Source of the DNA: Verrucomicrobiota bacterium
GTDB taxonomy: Bacteria > Verrucomicrobiota > Verrucomicrobiia > Limisphaerales > JADLHS01
DNA: 26,048 nt
Assembly (NCBI GenBank): GCA_043741175.1
Contig: JAYUAV010000533.1
Coordinates: 1-26,048 of the forward strand
Direction: 5' to 3'
The notes under the pieces were generated by a model. The model saw only the letters and a list, made by a program, of their open reading frames with translations. It was not told the DNA's origin and ran no database searches. A program made the translations under genes and the position numbers. Shown one piece after another: positions 1 through 7,615 of this stretch (within the stretch, counting starts at the first letter, position 1; the number at the start of each line of letters is the position of its first letter).

Positions 1-831
1 TAGCAGGCACGTCGCCACTGCCGGGATCGTGCTCAAGATTCCTTCTGGATCGAAGAACAGATCATACTTACGCGCCGGCAGATGCTTGAAGTCGAAATGA
101 TTCGCGACGTTAAGTCCTGCATCAAACTTTCCGGTGACACGATTCGTCGTAGCGGCATACATCGTTTTCGCAGCAGCCCATGCGGGGCTGTCCTTGATGG
201 CGGAAGGATTGATTGCCGCAGCATTTCCAGATTCGCGAAATAGTTTTGAAGACTTCGTATCACCCGCCTGCTCCGACAGAATGGCGAGATTGGTTTTCTC
301 CAGTTGAATGTCGCGTATAGGGATGAAGTTCATCATCGCCCAATACCCGATCAAGATGCCGCCACAGATCGCCACGAGCATACGCGGCTTGAACCAACAG
401 AACAACAGCCCCGCCGCCGTGTACGCCAGCGCGATGCGATTCAACACTCCCAACAACCGCATGTCCGGCCACGGATTCGTGAACCCTCCAGAGTAAAAGA
501 TTCCAATCGCGAACAACAGGATGCCGCGCCGCAACACACGGCTCATCGCGCCTGTGCGTCCCGACTCGTTGATGATTTTTGTCAGTGAGAAAACGATAGA
601 TGCGCCGACCATGAATACGAACAACGGAAAGATCAGATCGTAGAAACGGAAGCCCTCCCACTCCGCGTGATCGAGTTGCTCGGCGAGAAATTTAGTCGCG
701 GGATTCTGGCTCATGCGACTCAGCGCATACACGAGCGAGTCCGCACCGATGATCCAGAACATATCGAACCCGCGCAACGCGTCGAGTGACATGAGGCGGT
801 TGGAGACAGGAGACGAAGTTGTGTTGCTCAT
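1..831 (-). CDS. DUF5009 / heparan-alpha-glucosaminide N-acetyltransferase-like membrane protein (partial, runs off left edge)
   Basis: Manual translation from ATG at 831: MSNTTSSPVSNRLMSLDALRGFDMFWIIGAD... and, at the window edge in the same frame, ...FDPEGILSTIPAVATCLL. Both are hallmark motifs of this family. The start overlaps the TGA of the zinc-ribbon gene (ATGA). Missing from the ORF track because its stop is outside the window. Confidence 0.85.
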   Translation of the reverse strand, partial: MSNTTSSPVSNRLMSLDALRGFDMFWIIGADSLVYALSRMSQNPATKFLAEQLDHAEWEGFRFYDLIFPLFVFMVGASIVFSLTKIINESGRTGAMSRVLRRGILLFAIGIFYSGGFTNPWPDMRLLGVLNRIALAYTAAGLLFCWFKPRMLVAICGGILIGYWAMMNFIPIRDIQLEKTNLAILSEQAGDTKSSKLFRESGNAAAINPSAIKDSPAWAAAKTMYAATTNRVTGKFDAGLNVANHFDFKHLPARKYDLFFDPEGILSTIPAVATCLL

Positions 832-1106
832 AGAATCCAAGTTAGAAGAATCGCACCCAACAAGGCAATCCCTACAAGCCACCAGGCCCAATGAAGTCCG
901 CTTGGTTTATTTGATGGCTTGCCGAACTCGCGCTTTGCGAATTCATCGTAATTGAAATCCTCGTCCGGCAATCCGAGGTCGGCAGCGGTGGCTTGCTGCG
1001 CGTCTTCGGCCCAACCCGTGTTTTCATCGGCGCCGCAACCGGGACAAGCCTTCGCATTGCGCGGCACATCTGCGCCACAGTTGGGACAGGTTTCTGGAAC
1101 GCGCAT
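828..1106 (-). CDS. Double zinc-ribbon protein with C-terminal transmembrane helix
   Basis: CPNCG...CPGCG pairs and a hydrophobic C-terminus (WAWWLVGIALLGAILLTWIL). Coupled to both neighbours (5-nt gap and ATGA overlap). Confidence 0.8.
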   Translation of the reverse strand: MRVPETCPNCGADVPRNAKACPGCGADENTGWAEDAQQATAADLGLPDEDFNYDEFAKREFGKPSNKPSGLHWAWWLVGIALLGAILLTWIL

Positions 1107-1111
1107 TCGAT

Positions 1112-1696
1112 TTAACCAGCGGCACTGGTGTATTCCTCGTCGGTCGTCAGGTCCAAGCCCATCAAAACGTAGTCGTGTTTGATCGCCTGCATGTCCTTCA
1201 CATAATCATCCAGACGCAGCAATTCACTAAATCCGAGCATCGCGAACATGTGGATCGCTGCCCCCTGCCCTCCGATGAATTCCGCCTCCACTTTCTCAAG
1301 ACCGGTCGCGCGTGCAATCTCCACAATCTCCTGAATCAAACCGCGCGCGATGCCGCGACCCCGCGTCGCCGGTTGCACCAGCACGCTGACGCGCCCGATG
1401 TGCCGCTTCCAACCGCCGAGTTGTTGGTGCAGCGTGGCGACACCGAGAATTTTGTTTCCATCCGTCGCGAGCAACGGCAGGTTGCGACCGAGATCAATGC
1501 CCTCGCACCATTCGCGGATGACGCCGATGTCCATGACGCGATGCTTGATGAACATTCGCTCCTGTTCAGGGATGGTCAGGAACAGCGCGTGAAACTCCTT
1601 TTCGTCGGAACGCTTGAGCGGGCGCAGCTTCACCTTCGAGCCGTCTTTGAGTTTGATGTCTTTGGGGAATTTTGTGAGTTCAAGTTCGAGTGACAT
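1112..1696 (-). CDS. GNAT-family N-acetyltransferase
   Basis: Acetyl-CoA motif A (VLVQPATRGRGIARGLI) and C-terminal LGF..L motif. Start moved to ATG 1696 (MSLELELTKFPK), which has AGGAAG upstream. The longer 1942 start overlaps the upstream gene. Confidence 0.85.
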   Translation of the reverse strand: MSLELELTKFPKDIKLKDGSKVKLRPLKRSDEKEFHALFLTIPEQERMFIKHRVMDIGVIREWCEGIDLGRNLPLLATDGNKILGVATLHQQLGGWKRHIGRVSVLVQPATRGRGIARGLIQEIVEIARATGLEKVEAEFIGGQGAAIHMFAMLGFSELLRLDDYVKDMQAIKHDYVLMGLDLTTDEEYTSAAG

Positions 1697-1698
1697 AA

Positions 1699-1732
1699 CG
1701 CTTCCTGAGTTTGGTCGCTTCCTGAGTTTGGT
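1699..1732. repeat. Perfect 2 x 17-bp tandem repeat CGCTTCCTGAGTTTGGT
   Basis: Units at 1699-1715 and 1716-1732 are identical and lie directly upstream of the GNAT start codon. Confidence 0.9.
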
Positions 1733-1790
1733 TAACCGCGACAGGCGCAGACTGCAACAACGGATTCCCGACGGCAAGAGCCAAGCTTGA

Positions 1791-2558
1791 TTAAAAATTC
1801 CCCGCCGCAGTTCCCGTGATGCCGGATTGATGCGCCACCATCCGCAGATCAATCTCCGCCGGGTCGAGACTCCAGCGTTGCGCGAGTTGGGAAACCTTCT
1901 CCACGTTCGTGACGATGTGATCTGCCATCGCCCAATCATCACTGCCGGGATTTTCGCCGTAGCCGAAGCAGTTCATCCCCAGAGCGATCTCGGCACTCGT
2001 CTTCACGCCTTGATTCCAGATCGTCGTCCCAGCCCAAGCATAACCGCGCAACACGCGCCCCGATTCCACCTGCGCCCAAGCATGATGTTGCAAGAGTTCG
2101 TCCGCTTGAAAGAACTGCACATGCCCAAGCCTCTGACTCAACTCGCGCAAAAAGCGATAGCACGCATCCACGTCATCATCAGGATTCGGCAAGCCCGCAC
2201 CGAGCACCAGTGTCCAGCCGTTGATAGGCGGCGCGATGAACACTTTGCGCGAAGAGAAAACACCTTCCGCCCACGAACACGGACGGGGATTGTCGAGTCG
2301 CAACGCCGCCTGCACTGCCAACATGTCGCGACTGCGGATCGCGAGCCAACGCGTAGGACGACGCGCGTGCAGTGGATTGTACGGTGCGATGCTGAACCGG
2401 GAAAATTCCTGCGCCAACTCCGTTTGCTCCTCCGTTCCCAACAACTTTCTCCGCGCCCGCAAATGCCGACGCACGAGAATAACCATCAAGACGCCACCGC
2501 CCAGCACGAAGCCGAGCAATGTCAGCAATGCGACCGCGAAGATGTCCTGCGGATCCAC
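1791..2558 (-). CDS. Hypothetical protein with N-terminal membrane anchor
   Basis: 255-aa ORF with GTG start, N-terminal hydrophobic helix and a globular Trp-rich remainder. Co-oriented with the GNAT block. Confidence 0.75.
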   Translation of the reverse strand: MDPQDIFAVALLTLLGFVLGGGVLMVILVRRHLRARRKLLGTEEQTELAQEFSRFSIAPYNPLHARRPTRWLAIRSRDMLAVQAALRLDNPRPCSWAEGVFSSRKVFIAPPINGWTLVLGAGLPNPDDDVDACYRFLRELSQRLGHVQFFQADELLQHHAWAQVESGRVLRGYAWAGTTIWNQGVKTSAEIALGMNCFGYGENPGSDDWAMADHIVTNVEKVSQLAQRWSLDPAEIDLRMVAHQSGITGTAAGNF

Positions 2559-2879
2559 GGGGATAATTTACAAAGCGGGCGGCGCAACGCAACACTTGTG
2601 CGTGTCAGTATTGCGCAATCATGTTTCCGTCGGGGTGCCATCCCATGAATACGGTTTCCCTTGCGGACTTGGCAGCCCGGCACATTCCCATCCGAGAGTA
2701 GTAGCTTGGTTTCACATACGGAACTCCAACGGAACCCCACCAGAGAAACACCACGAAAACACAGAAGCTCAAGCGGACACTTTTTTGAATCCAAATCTCC
2801 GCGTGCTGTTAAAACCCACACGCGACAAGGTGTGTAAAGAAATCACATAAATTTCTAAAAAAAACTGACAGCGATAACG

Positions 2880-2904
2880 CAGCGCAATCATTGAGATTGC
2901 GCTG
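2880..2904. promoter_or_regulatory. 10-bp perfect inverted repeat, possible operator
   Basis: CAGCGCAATC-ATTGA-GATTGCGCTG in the divergent intergenic region, with no U-tract. Confidence 0.4.
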
Positions 2905-3029
2905 AATGCGTAGTGAGCCGAAAGTAAGTGTTATCCGGGCTTGGAGGCGCGCTGAATGATGATTTGTCCATTCAAACAATTTGCAAAGTTCGAGTCTCGC
3001 AACTAATGTCCGCCACTAAATTCGCACCT

Positions 3030-3473
3030 ATGTCACAAAGTTTCTTTAGAAAGTTGATGTCCGGAGGCTCGTCCAAGCCCGCACACTCAGCGCACGCACA
3101 TGCCGCATCGCACACGCACGTCATGCCCAACCGCTCGGCTCAAAATCAAAAAGCGGTCTATTCAAAAGTTTTTCGCTGGCATCACGGACCCGGCGAACAC
3201 GATCCCAAAACTATCGAGATCGTTGGATCGTTCACCGATTGGCGGCCCGTGCCGCTGGCGAAGACTCCCGGCTCACACGGGAGTTGGCAGGCGACGATTG
3301 AAAACATTCCCGGTGGAAAGACGCATCACTACATGCTCTTGATGGATGGCAAACCGCACGCAGACAAACATTGCGACGGCTATGCCGTGCCGCTTGGACC
3401 ACAGGAAGAACGTTACGCCATGGATACACCGCGCGGCCCACGACTTTTTCTTTTGTTCGCGCAAGCCAAGTGA
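3030..3473 (+). CDS. Stand-alone glycogen-binding CBM48 (AMPK-beta-like) domain protein
   Basis: VFRW...IEIVGSFTDWRPVPL...W......GKTHHYMLLMDG matches the CBM48/E-set pattern. The start could be 3006 or 3030. Confidence 0.8.
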   Translation: MSQSFFRKLMSGGSSKPAHSAHAHAASHTHVMPNRSAQNQKAVYSKVFRWHHGPGEHDPKTIEIVGSFTDWRPVPLAKTPGSHGSWQATIENIPGGKTHHYMLLMDGKPHADKHCDGYAVPLGPQEERYAMDTPRGPRLFLLFAQAK

Positions 3474-3509
3474 CATCCTCATTTCGTTGATCCGATAATA
3501 ATCACTAAA

Positions 3510-4409
3510 ATGTCAAAGCCAACACTCCTCGTCCTCGCCGCAGGTATGGGCAGCCGTTACGGCGGCCTTAAACAAATTGATCCAGTCGGCCCGTCCGGCG
3601 AGACGATCATTGATTATTCCATCTACGACGCCATGCGCGCCGGTTTCGGCAAACTCGTGTTCGTCATCCGTGGCGACATCGAAGCACCGTTCAAGGAAAC
3701 CATCGGCGCGCGCTTCGCCAATCGCATCCAGGTAGAATACGCATTTCAGGAATTGGACAAACTCCCCGCCGGATTCAAAATCCCGGACGGTCGCACCAAA
3801 CCTTGGGGCACGACCCAAGCAATCCTCATGGCCGAAGACGTGATCAACGAGCCATTCGCCGCGATCAACGGCGATGATTTCTACGGAGCGGATTCGTTCA
3901 AGACGCTCGCCAACCAACTGAACTCCGGCAGCGCGGATTACTCAATGGTGGGATTCACCCTGCGGAATACATTGTCCGACTTCGGCAGCGTGGCGCGCGG
4001 CGTCTGTCAGGTTTCGCAGGACGGCTATCTCAAATCCATTCTTGAACTCACGAAGATCGAACGCGATGGCAACGGCGGAAAATACACCGACGCAAACGGT
4101 GGCGCGCAGAAACTTTCCGGCGACGAACCCGTCTCGATGAACATGTGGGGATTCCAAGCGAACATCTTCAAACATCTGCGCCGCGAGTTCACCGAGTTCC
4201 TGACCAATGAAGGTTCACAGCAAAAATCCGAGTGCTACATCCCGATGACAGTGGGCAACCTCGTCAACGCTGGTCACGCACGCTGCAAAGTGCTGCGCTC
4301 GAATTCTCCGTGGTTCGGCGTGACGTATCGCGAAGACAAACCGCGCGTGGTGGAAAGCATCCAGTCATTGATCGCCAAGGGTGAGTATCCGGCGAAGCTC
4401 TGGACGTAA
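3510..4409 (+). CDS. Sugar-phosphate nucleotidyltransferase family protein
   Basis: N-terminal LVLAAGMGSRYGGLKQ signature, plus KPWGT and INGDDFYG motifs. Confidence 0.9.
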   Translation: MSKPTLLVLAAGMGSRYGGLKQIDPVGPSGETIIDYSIYDAMRAGFGKLVFVIRGDIEAPFKETIGARFANRIQVEYAFQELDKLPAGFKIPDGRTKPWGTTQAILMAEDVINEPFAAINGDDFYGADSFKTLANQLNSGSADYSMVGFTLRNTLSDFGSVARGVCQVSQDGYLKSILELTKIERDGNGGKYTDANGGAQKLSGDEPVSMNMWGFQANIFKHLRREFTEFLTNEGSQQKSECYIPMTVGNLVNAGHARCKVLRSNSPWFGVTYREDKPRVVESIQSLIAKGEYPAKLWT

Positions 4410-4529
4410 TTCCACCCGAAAGAACCGCAGGGGAAAGTGACTTGGAACGCAATTATCCATTCAGTTAGTTGCAACCATCGCGCGCAAATCCTTTGAACAA
4501 TTAATTGGATTTGGCAGACTTTGACCGCA

Positions 4530-5525
4530 ATGCGCGTCCCGAACTTTCCCTTCAACGTCTATCTCGCGGCGTTTTTTGCCGCGCTCGTGACATCGTTCAT
4601 TGCGCTGCCCCTGTGTCGTGCGTGGTGTATCCGCATCGGGTTGGTGGATGATCCCGGACATCGCAAAATTCATCACACTCCCATCCCGCTCGCTGGTGGC
4701 CTTGCCGTTCTCATCGGATTGCTCGTGCCGCTGACAATAGCGACGGTGTTGCTGAAATTAAATTTCTTCGGCGAAGCTACAACTGCGCCGCTGCTTCACG
4801 GCCTGGGCAAGCGCGCGTGGCAACTTGCGGCCATCGCATTCGGAGCCGTCGGCATGACCGTCATCGGGTTGCTGGACGACAAACACGAACTGCGTCCCGT
4901 GCAGAAATTCGCCGGTCAACTCCTCATCGCATTCATCGTCGCGTGGGGTGGCGTTCGCATCACACTGTTTATTCCCAATCTCGCGTTCAGCTACTGCGTC
5001 ACAATTCTCTGGCTGCTCACCATCATCAATGCGTTCAACTTCATGGACAACATGAACGGTCTTTGCTCCGGCCTCGGAGCCATCGGCGCAGGGTTGTTCG
5101 CGCTCGTCGCGGCATTTCACGGACAATATCTGGTCACGATCACTGCCTTGCTGACGTGCGGCGCGTTGCTGGGGTTTCTCCCGCACAATTTTCCGAAGGC
5201 GCGCGCTTTCCTCGGCGACTCAGGAAGTCATCTCGTCGGTTACATGCTCGCCGTGCTTGCGATCCTGCCGCATTTCATCAATCGCGAACAACCCAACCGG
5301 CTCGCGGTGATCTCACCGTTGCTGGTTCTCGCCGTGCCACTCGGCGATCTCGTGCTCGTGGTGTTGATCCGCTGGCGCAAGGGGCAACCCTGCTACGTCG
5401 GTGACACAAACCATCTCTCCCATCGCCTCGTGCGTGCCGGGTTGCCCCAGACCACGGCGGTGATGCTGATCTGGCTTGTTGCGTTGTTGATCGGTGCATC
5501 GGCACTTCTCCTAGCCGCTCGTTGA
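4530..5525 (+). CDS. MraY/WecA-family (glycosyltransferase family 4) polyprenyl-phosphate HexNAc-1-phosphate transferase
   Basis: DDPGHRKIHHTPIPLAGG, GLLDD, NAFNFMDNMNGL, FLGDSGS and HLSHRL motifs with many TM helices. WecA/TagO-like. ATG 4530 is preferred over TTG 4521. Confidence 0.9.
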   Translation: MRVPNFPFNVYLAAFFAALVTSFIALPLCRAWCIRIGLVDDPGHRKIHHTPIPLAGGLAVLIGLLVPLTIATVLLKLNFFGEATTAPLLHGLGKRAWQLAAIAFGAVGMTVIGLLDDKHELRPVQKFAGQLLIAFIVAWGGVRITLFIPNLAFSYCVTILWLLTIINAFNFMDNMNGLCSGLGAIGAGLFALVAAFHGQYLVTITALLTCGALLGFLPHNFPKARAFLGDSGSHLVGYMLAVLAILPHFINREQPNRLAVISPLLVLAVPLGDLVLVVLIRWRKGQPCYVGDTNHLSHRLVRAGLPQTTAVMLIWLVALLIGASALLLAAR

Positions 5526-5608
5526 ATTCCGCGACACGCTGTCCCGTTTGAGGTTTGGAGTAACTCCAAAACATCCGTTCTCCCGGCTGTATCCATCCAT
5601 AGAACTGC

Positions 5609-5624
5609 TGGCACAGGAACTGCC
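5609..5624 (+). promoter_or_regulatory. Putative sigma-54 (-24/-12) promoter
   Basis: TGGCACA-GGAA-CTGCC against consensus TGGCACR-N4-TTGCW, with correct GG/GC spacing, 45 nt upstream of ATG 5670. Confidence 0.6.
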
Positions 5625-5669
5625 AAACAATTGCAACGCCGCATCGTGGCAAACAAGGAGATAAACAAA

Positions 5670-5930
5670 ATGAAGAAATTGACCGCATTCACATCTGTAT
5701 TATTGCTCACCGTTGGAATGGCATTCGCCGGAACTCCGACCGAAGCCGACCAAAAATGGCTTGAAGTCGCGCAGAAGAAAGCCGCCGAAGGACAACGCGT
5801 CTCGACACCGAGCGAAACCCGCGTGGAACTGCTCAAAGAATGGGCCGCTACAAAAGGCTACTCTGTCGAAATCACGAAGACGGACAAGAGTTTTCAACTT
5901 GAAGTGTCACGGGCATTTGCCCAGAAGTAA
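5670..5930 (+). CDS. Small exported protein (86 aa, Sec signal peptide)
   Basis: AAGGAG Shine-Dalgarno at 5655-5660. MKK + hydrophobic core + AFA cleavage motif. Followed by an intrinsic terminator. Confidence 0.8.
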   Translation: MKKLTAFTSVLLLTVGMAFAGTPTEADQKWLEVAQKKAAEGQRVSTPSETRVELLKEWAATKGYSVEITKTDKSFQLEVSRAFAQK

Positions 5931-5962
5931 TCGGACATCAGCGTAGCTTTGCTGAAATCAAG

Positions 5963-5997
5963 ACAGGCGCACATTCAGTGCGCCTGTTTTTTATTTT
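5963..5997 (+). terminator. Intrinsic terminator
   Basis: ACAGGCGCAC-ATTCA-GTGCGCCTGT stem followed by a T-rich tract. Confidence 0.85.
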
Positions 5998-6015
5998 GCC
6001 ACCGGAGCATCCGTG

Positions 6016-6051
6016 AAAACAAAAAGGCACTCCGGTTTGCGGAGTGCCTTT
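6016..6051 (-). terminator. Intrinsic terminator of hup
   Basis: AAAGGCACTCCG-GTTTG-CGGAGTGCCTTT 12-bp stem, followed by a T-rich tract on the minus strand, just after the hup stop. Confidence 0.8.
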
Positions 6052-6068
6052 GGAAAAAAAGATGCAGA

Positions 6069-6356
6069 TTACTTAGCACCGAGGATGGCGTCTTTGGCCG
6101 CCTTGGCCACGCGGAACTTCACGACTCTCTTCGCTGGGATTTGAATCTGTTCGCCTGTGGCCGGATTGCGGCCAAGACGTGCTTTGCGATTTACCAACAC
6201 GAGCTTGCCGATGCCGGGCAAGGTGAAGGTGTTCTTCGCGTTTTTGTAAGCGAGCTGTGCAACAATCTCGAGGATTTCAGCCGCCTGCTTTTTTGTGAGG
6301 CCTGCCTTCTCGGCGATTTCAGCCGCCACTTGGGATTTGGACAATGCTTTTGCCAT
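6069..6356 (-). CDS. hup: HU family DNA-binding protein
   Basis: 95 aa basic protein with TLPGIGKL and RKARLGRNPATGEQIQIPAKRVVKFR arm motif. Confidence 0.95.
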   Translation of the reverse strand: MAKALSKSQVAAEIAEKAGLTKKQAAEILEIVAQLAYKNAKNTFTLPGIGKLVLVNRKARLGRNPATGEQIQIPAKRVVKFRVAKAAKDAILGAK

Positions 6357-6507
6357 AGTGTGTGATGTTGTTTGTTTGGTTTAGTTGTGCGTTTAAGTCA
6401 CTCGACTGCTGCGAATAAAAGGTTTTCGGCTTTTCCGCGCAAGCATAAATTGCATGTTTTTTCTAAGCAAACTTGTACATTTCTGTACATCCATGAATCC
6501 AGAAAAA

Positions 6508-7011
6508 TCATCCCGCACTTTTTCGGTTCTTCCCTCTCACGCCCACCGCAGACAACAACTTCGATATCAATGAGCGTGAACCTTTCTTGGAAATTCTAGT
6601 CGTATCTGATGATGCCGACTTTACCACTTTGACAGGACGTCTCTTGATCACCGCAGATTTGGCGTTGGGTCTTCCGAGATACGGCTCGATCTTCGCGGTG
6701 AGCTTCAGGACGAGACTCTCGCTTTTGTATTGATAGATATCCTCCAGCCCCAGACTGATGACTTCCTTGCCCAGTGCGTCCGTGCCAAACCGGTTCGCAA
6801 TGACTTCCGCCTGCAACTCGTCAAAGATAAAGACCATGTCCGCCCATTTCATCACATCCTCCGTGAGTTGGTTCTTCGCAAAGGGTGCCGTTCCGCATGA
6901 ACGCACGTCTAAATCTGGCCGCACACGATAGAGATGCTCCGCCGTCAGACTGCGAACCTTGTTTTGGGTGCAGACAAACAACACGCGCAACTTCTGGCGA
7001 GACTCACTCAT
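6508..7011 (-). CDS. Low-molecular-weight protein-tyrosine-phosphatase-like protein with basic C-terminal tail
   Basis: N-terminal VLFVCTQNKVRS = C-x5-R-S P-loop; WADMVF; LGLEDIY general-acid region. Confidence 0.8.
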   Translation of the reverse strand: MSESRQKLRVLFVCTQNKVRSLTAEHLYRVRPDLDVRSCGTAPFAKNQLTEDVMKWADMVFIFDELQAEVIANRFGTDALGKEVISLGLEDIYQYKSESLVLKLTAKIEPYLGRPNAKSAVIKRRPVKVVKSASSDTTRISKKGSRSLISKLLSAVGVRGKNRKSAG

Positions 7012-7098
7012 TGATGCCGAGCATAATCAGGAACACCTCGCAGGAGAAAGTGAAAGTTCACGAATGATTCAGCCTGCGTAGAAAGCTACAGTCAGAAG

Positions 7099-7175
7099 TG
7101 GTGCGCGAAGCGGGAATTGAACCCACAACCTTCGGCTTCGGAGACCGACGCTCTATCCAATTGAGCTACTCGCGC
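7099..7175 (-). tRNA. tRNA-Arg(CCG)
   Basis: Reverse complement GCGCGAGTAGCTCAATTGGATAGAGCGTCGGTCTCCGAAGCCGAAGGTTGTGGGTTCAATTCCCGCTTCGCGCACCA folds into a cloverleaf with anticodon loop CT-CCG-AA, a TTCAA T-loop and encoded CCA. Confidence 0.97.
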
Positions 7176-7185
7176 AACCTTCACT

Positions 7186-7214
7186 AGCATAGGCACGAGC
7201 CAGCGGCGGCTCAA
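7186..7214 (-). promoter_or_regulatory. Sigma-70-type promoter of tRNA-Arg
   Basis: TTGAGC-17 nt-TATGCT on the minus strand, ending 10 nt before the tRNA 5' end. Confidence 0.6.
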
Positions 7215-7391
7215 TCGTTTTCCTCGGCATCGTTTTTTTACCAAATATCGGCAGCACACACCCTGAATGTAAACCCGCTCTCAGCGGAATGAATCACCAT
7301 TGGACAGAATTCCCTGCCCTTGCGCCCGAAGCGGGACATATTGGTGGCGATTCTATTGGTGCTGCGATTTCCACGACGTGTTTGTTTCAAA

Positions 7392-7549
7392 CGATTGAGG
7401 TTCTTTCAAAACTTTGTAGGGCACGACGTAAGGAGTGCTGCCCGGAGACGACTCATTACCTCGTCGCCTACAGTTTTGAAAGAGTCTCGATTGGTATCAC
7501 ATGCGTCTTGATTTGCGTTCGCACGAAGATGCGCGGAGTTTTTTTATTT
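7392..7549 (+). ncRNA. Candidate structured RNA (long hairpin plus terminator-like hairpin) upstream of glgP
   Basis: 22-bp stem 7392-7413/7472-7493 (18 Watson-Crick + 4 G.U) extended by inner stems. Then GCGTCTT/AAGATGC hairpin and T-tract at 7539-7549. No family assigned. Confidence 0.4.
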
Positions 7550-7615
7550 ACGCGGCATGTATCCGGCTACTACTTTCCGCCCAGTCGTATCCGGCAATAA
7601 ACAGTTTTTTCAACT

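Noticed and set aside
2831-2847. CRP/FNR-like box TGTGT-N7-TCACA
   Set aside because: Spacer is 7 rather than 6 nt and the left half-site is imperfect.
6474-6489. Verrucomicrobial LexA box
   Set aside because: The reported motif is TGTTC-N4-GAACA. This site is TGTAC-N6-GTACA, so both the spacing and the half-sites differ.
7012-7099. tRNA-Arg 3' end as an island integration site
   Set aside because: No integrase, no duplicated tRNA 3' end in the window, and flanking genes look native.
7360-7530. Naming the glgP-upstream hairpin as 6S or SRP RNA
   Set aside because: The SRP GGAA/AGCAG core is absent. The 6S-like hints (size; ATACCA and TTTGAAAC on the minus strand) conflict with the G.U pairs favouring the plus strand, and the bubble is small. 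Left unassigned.
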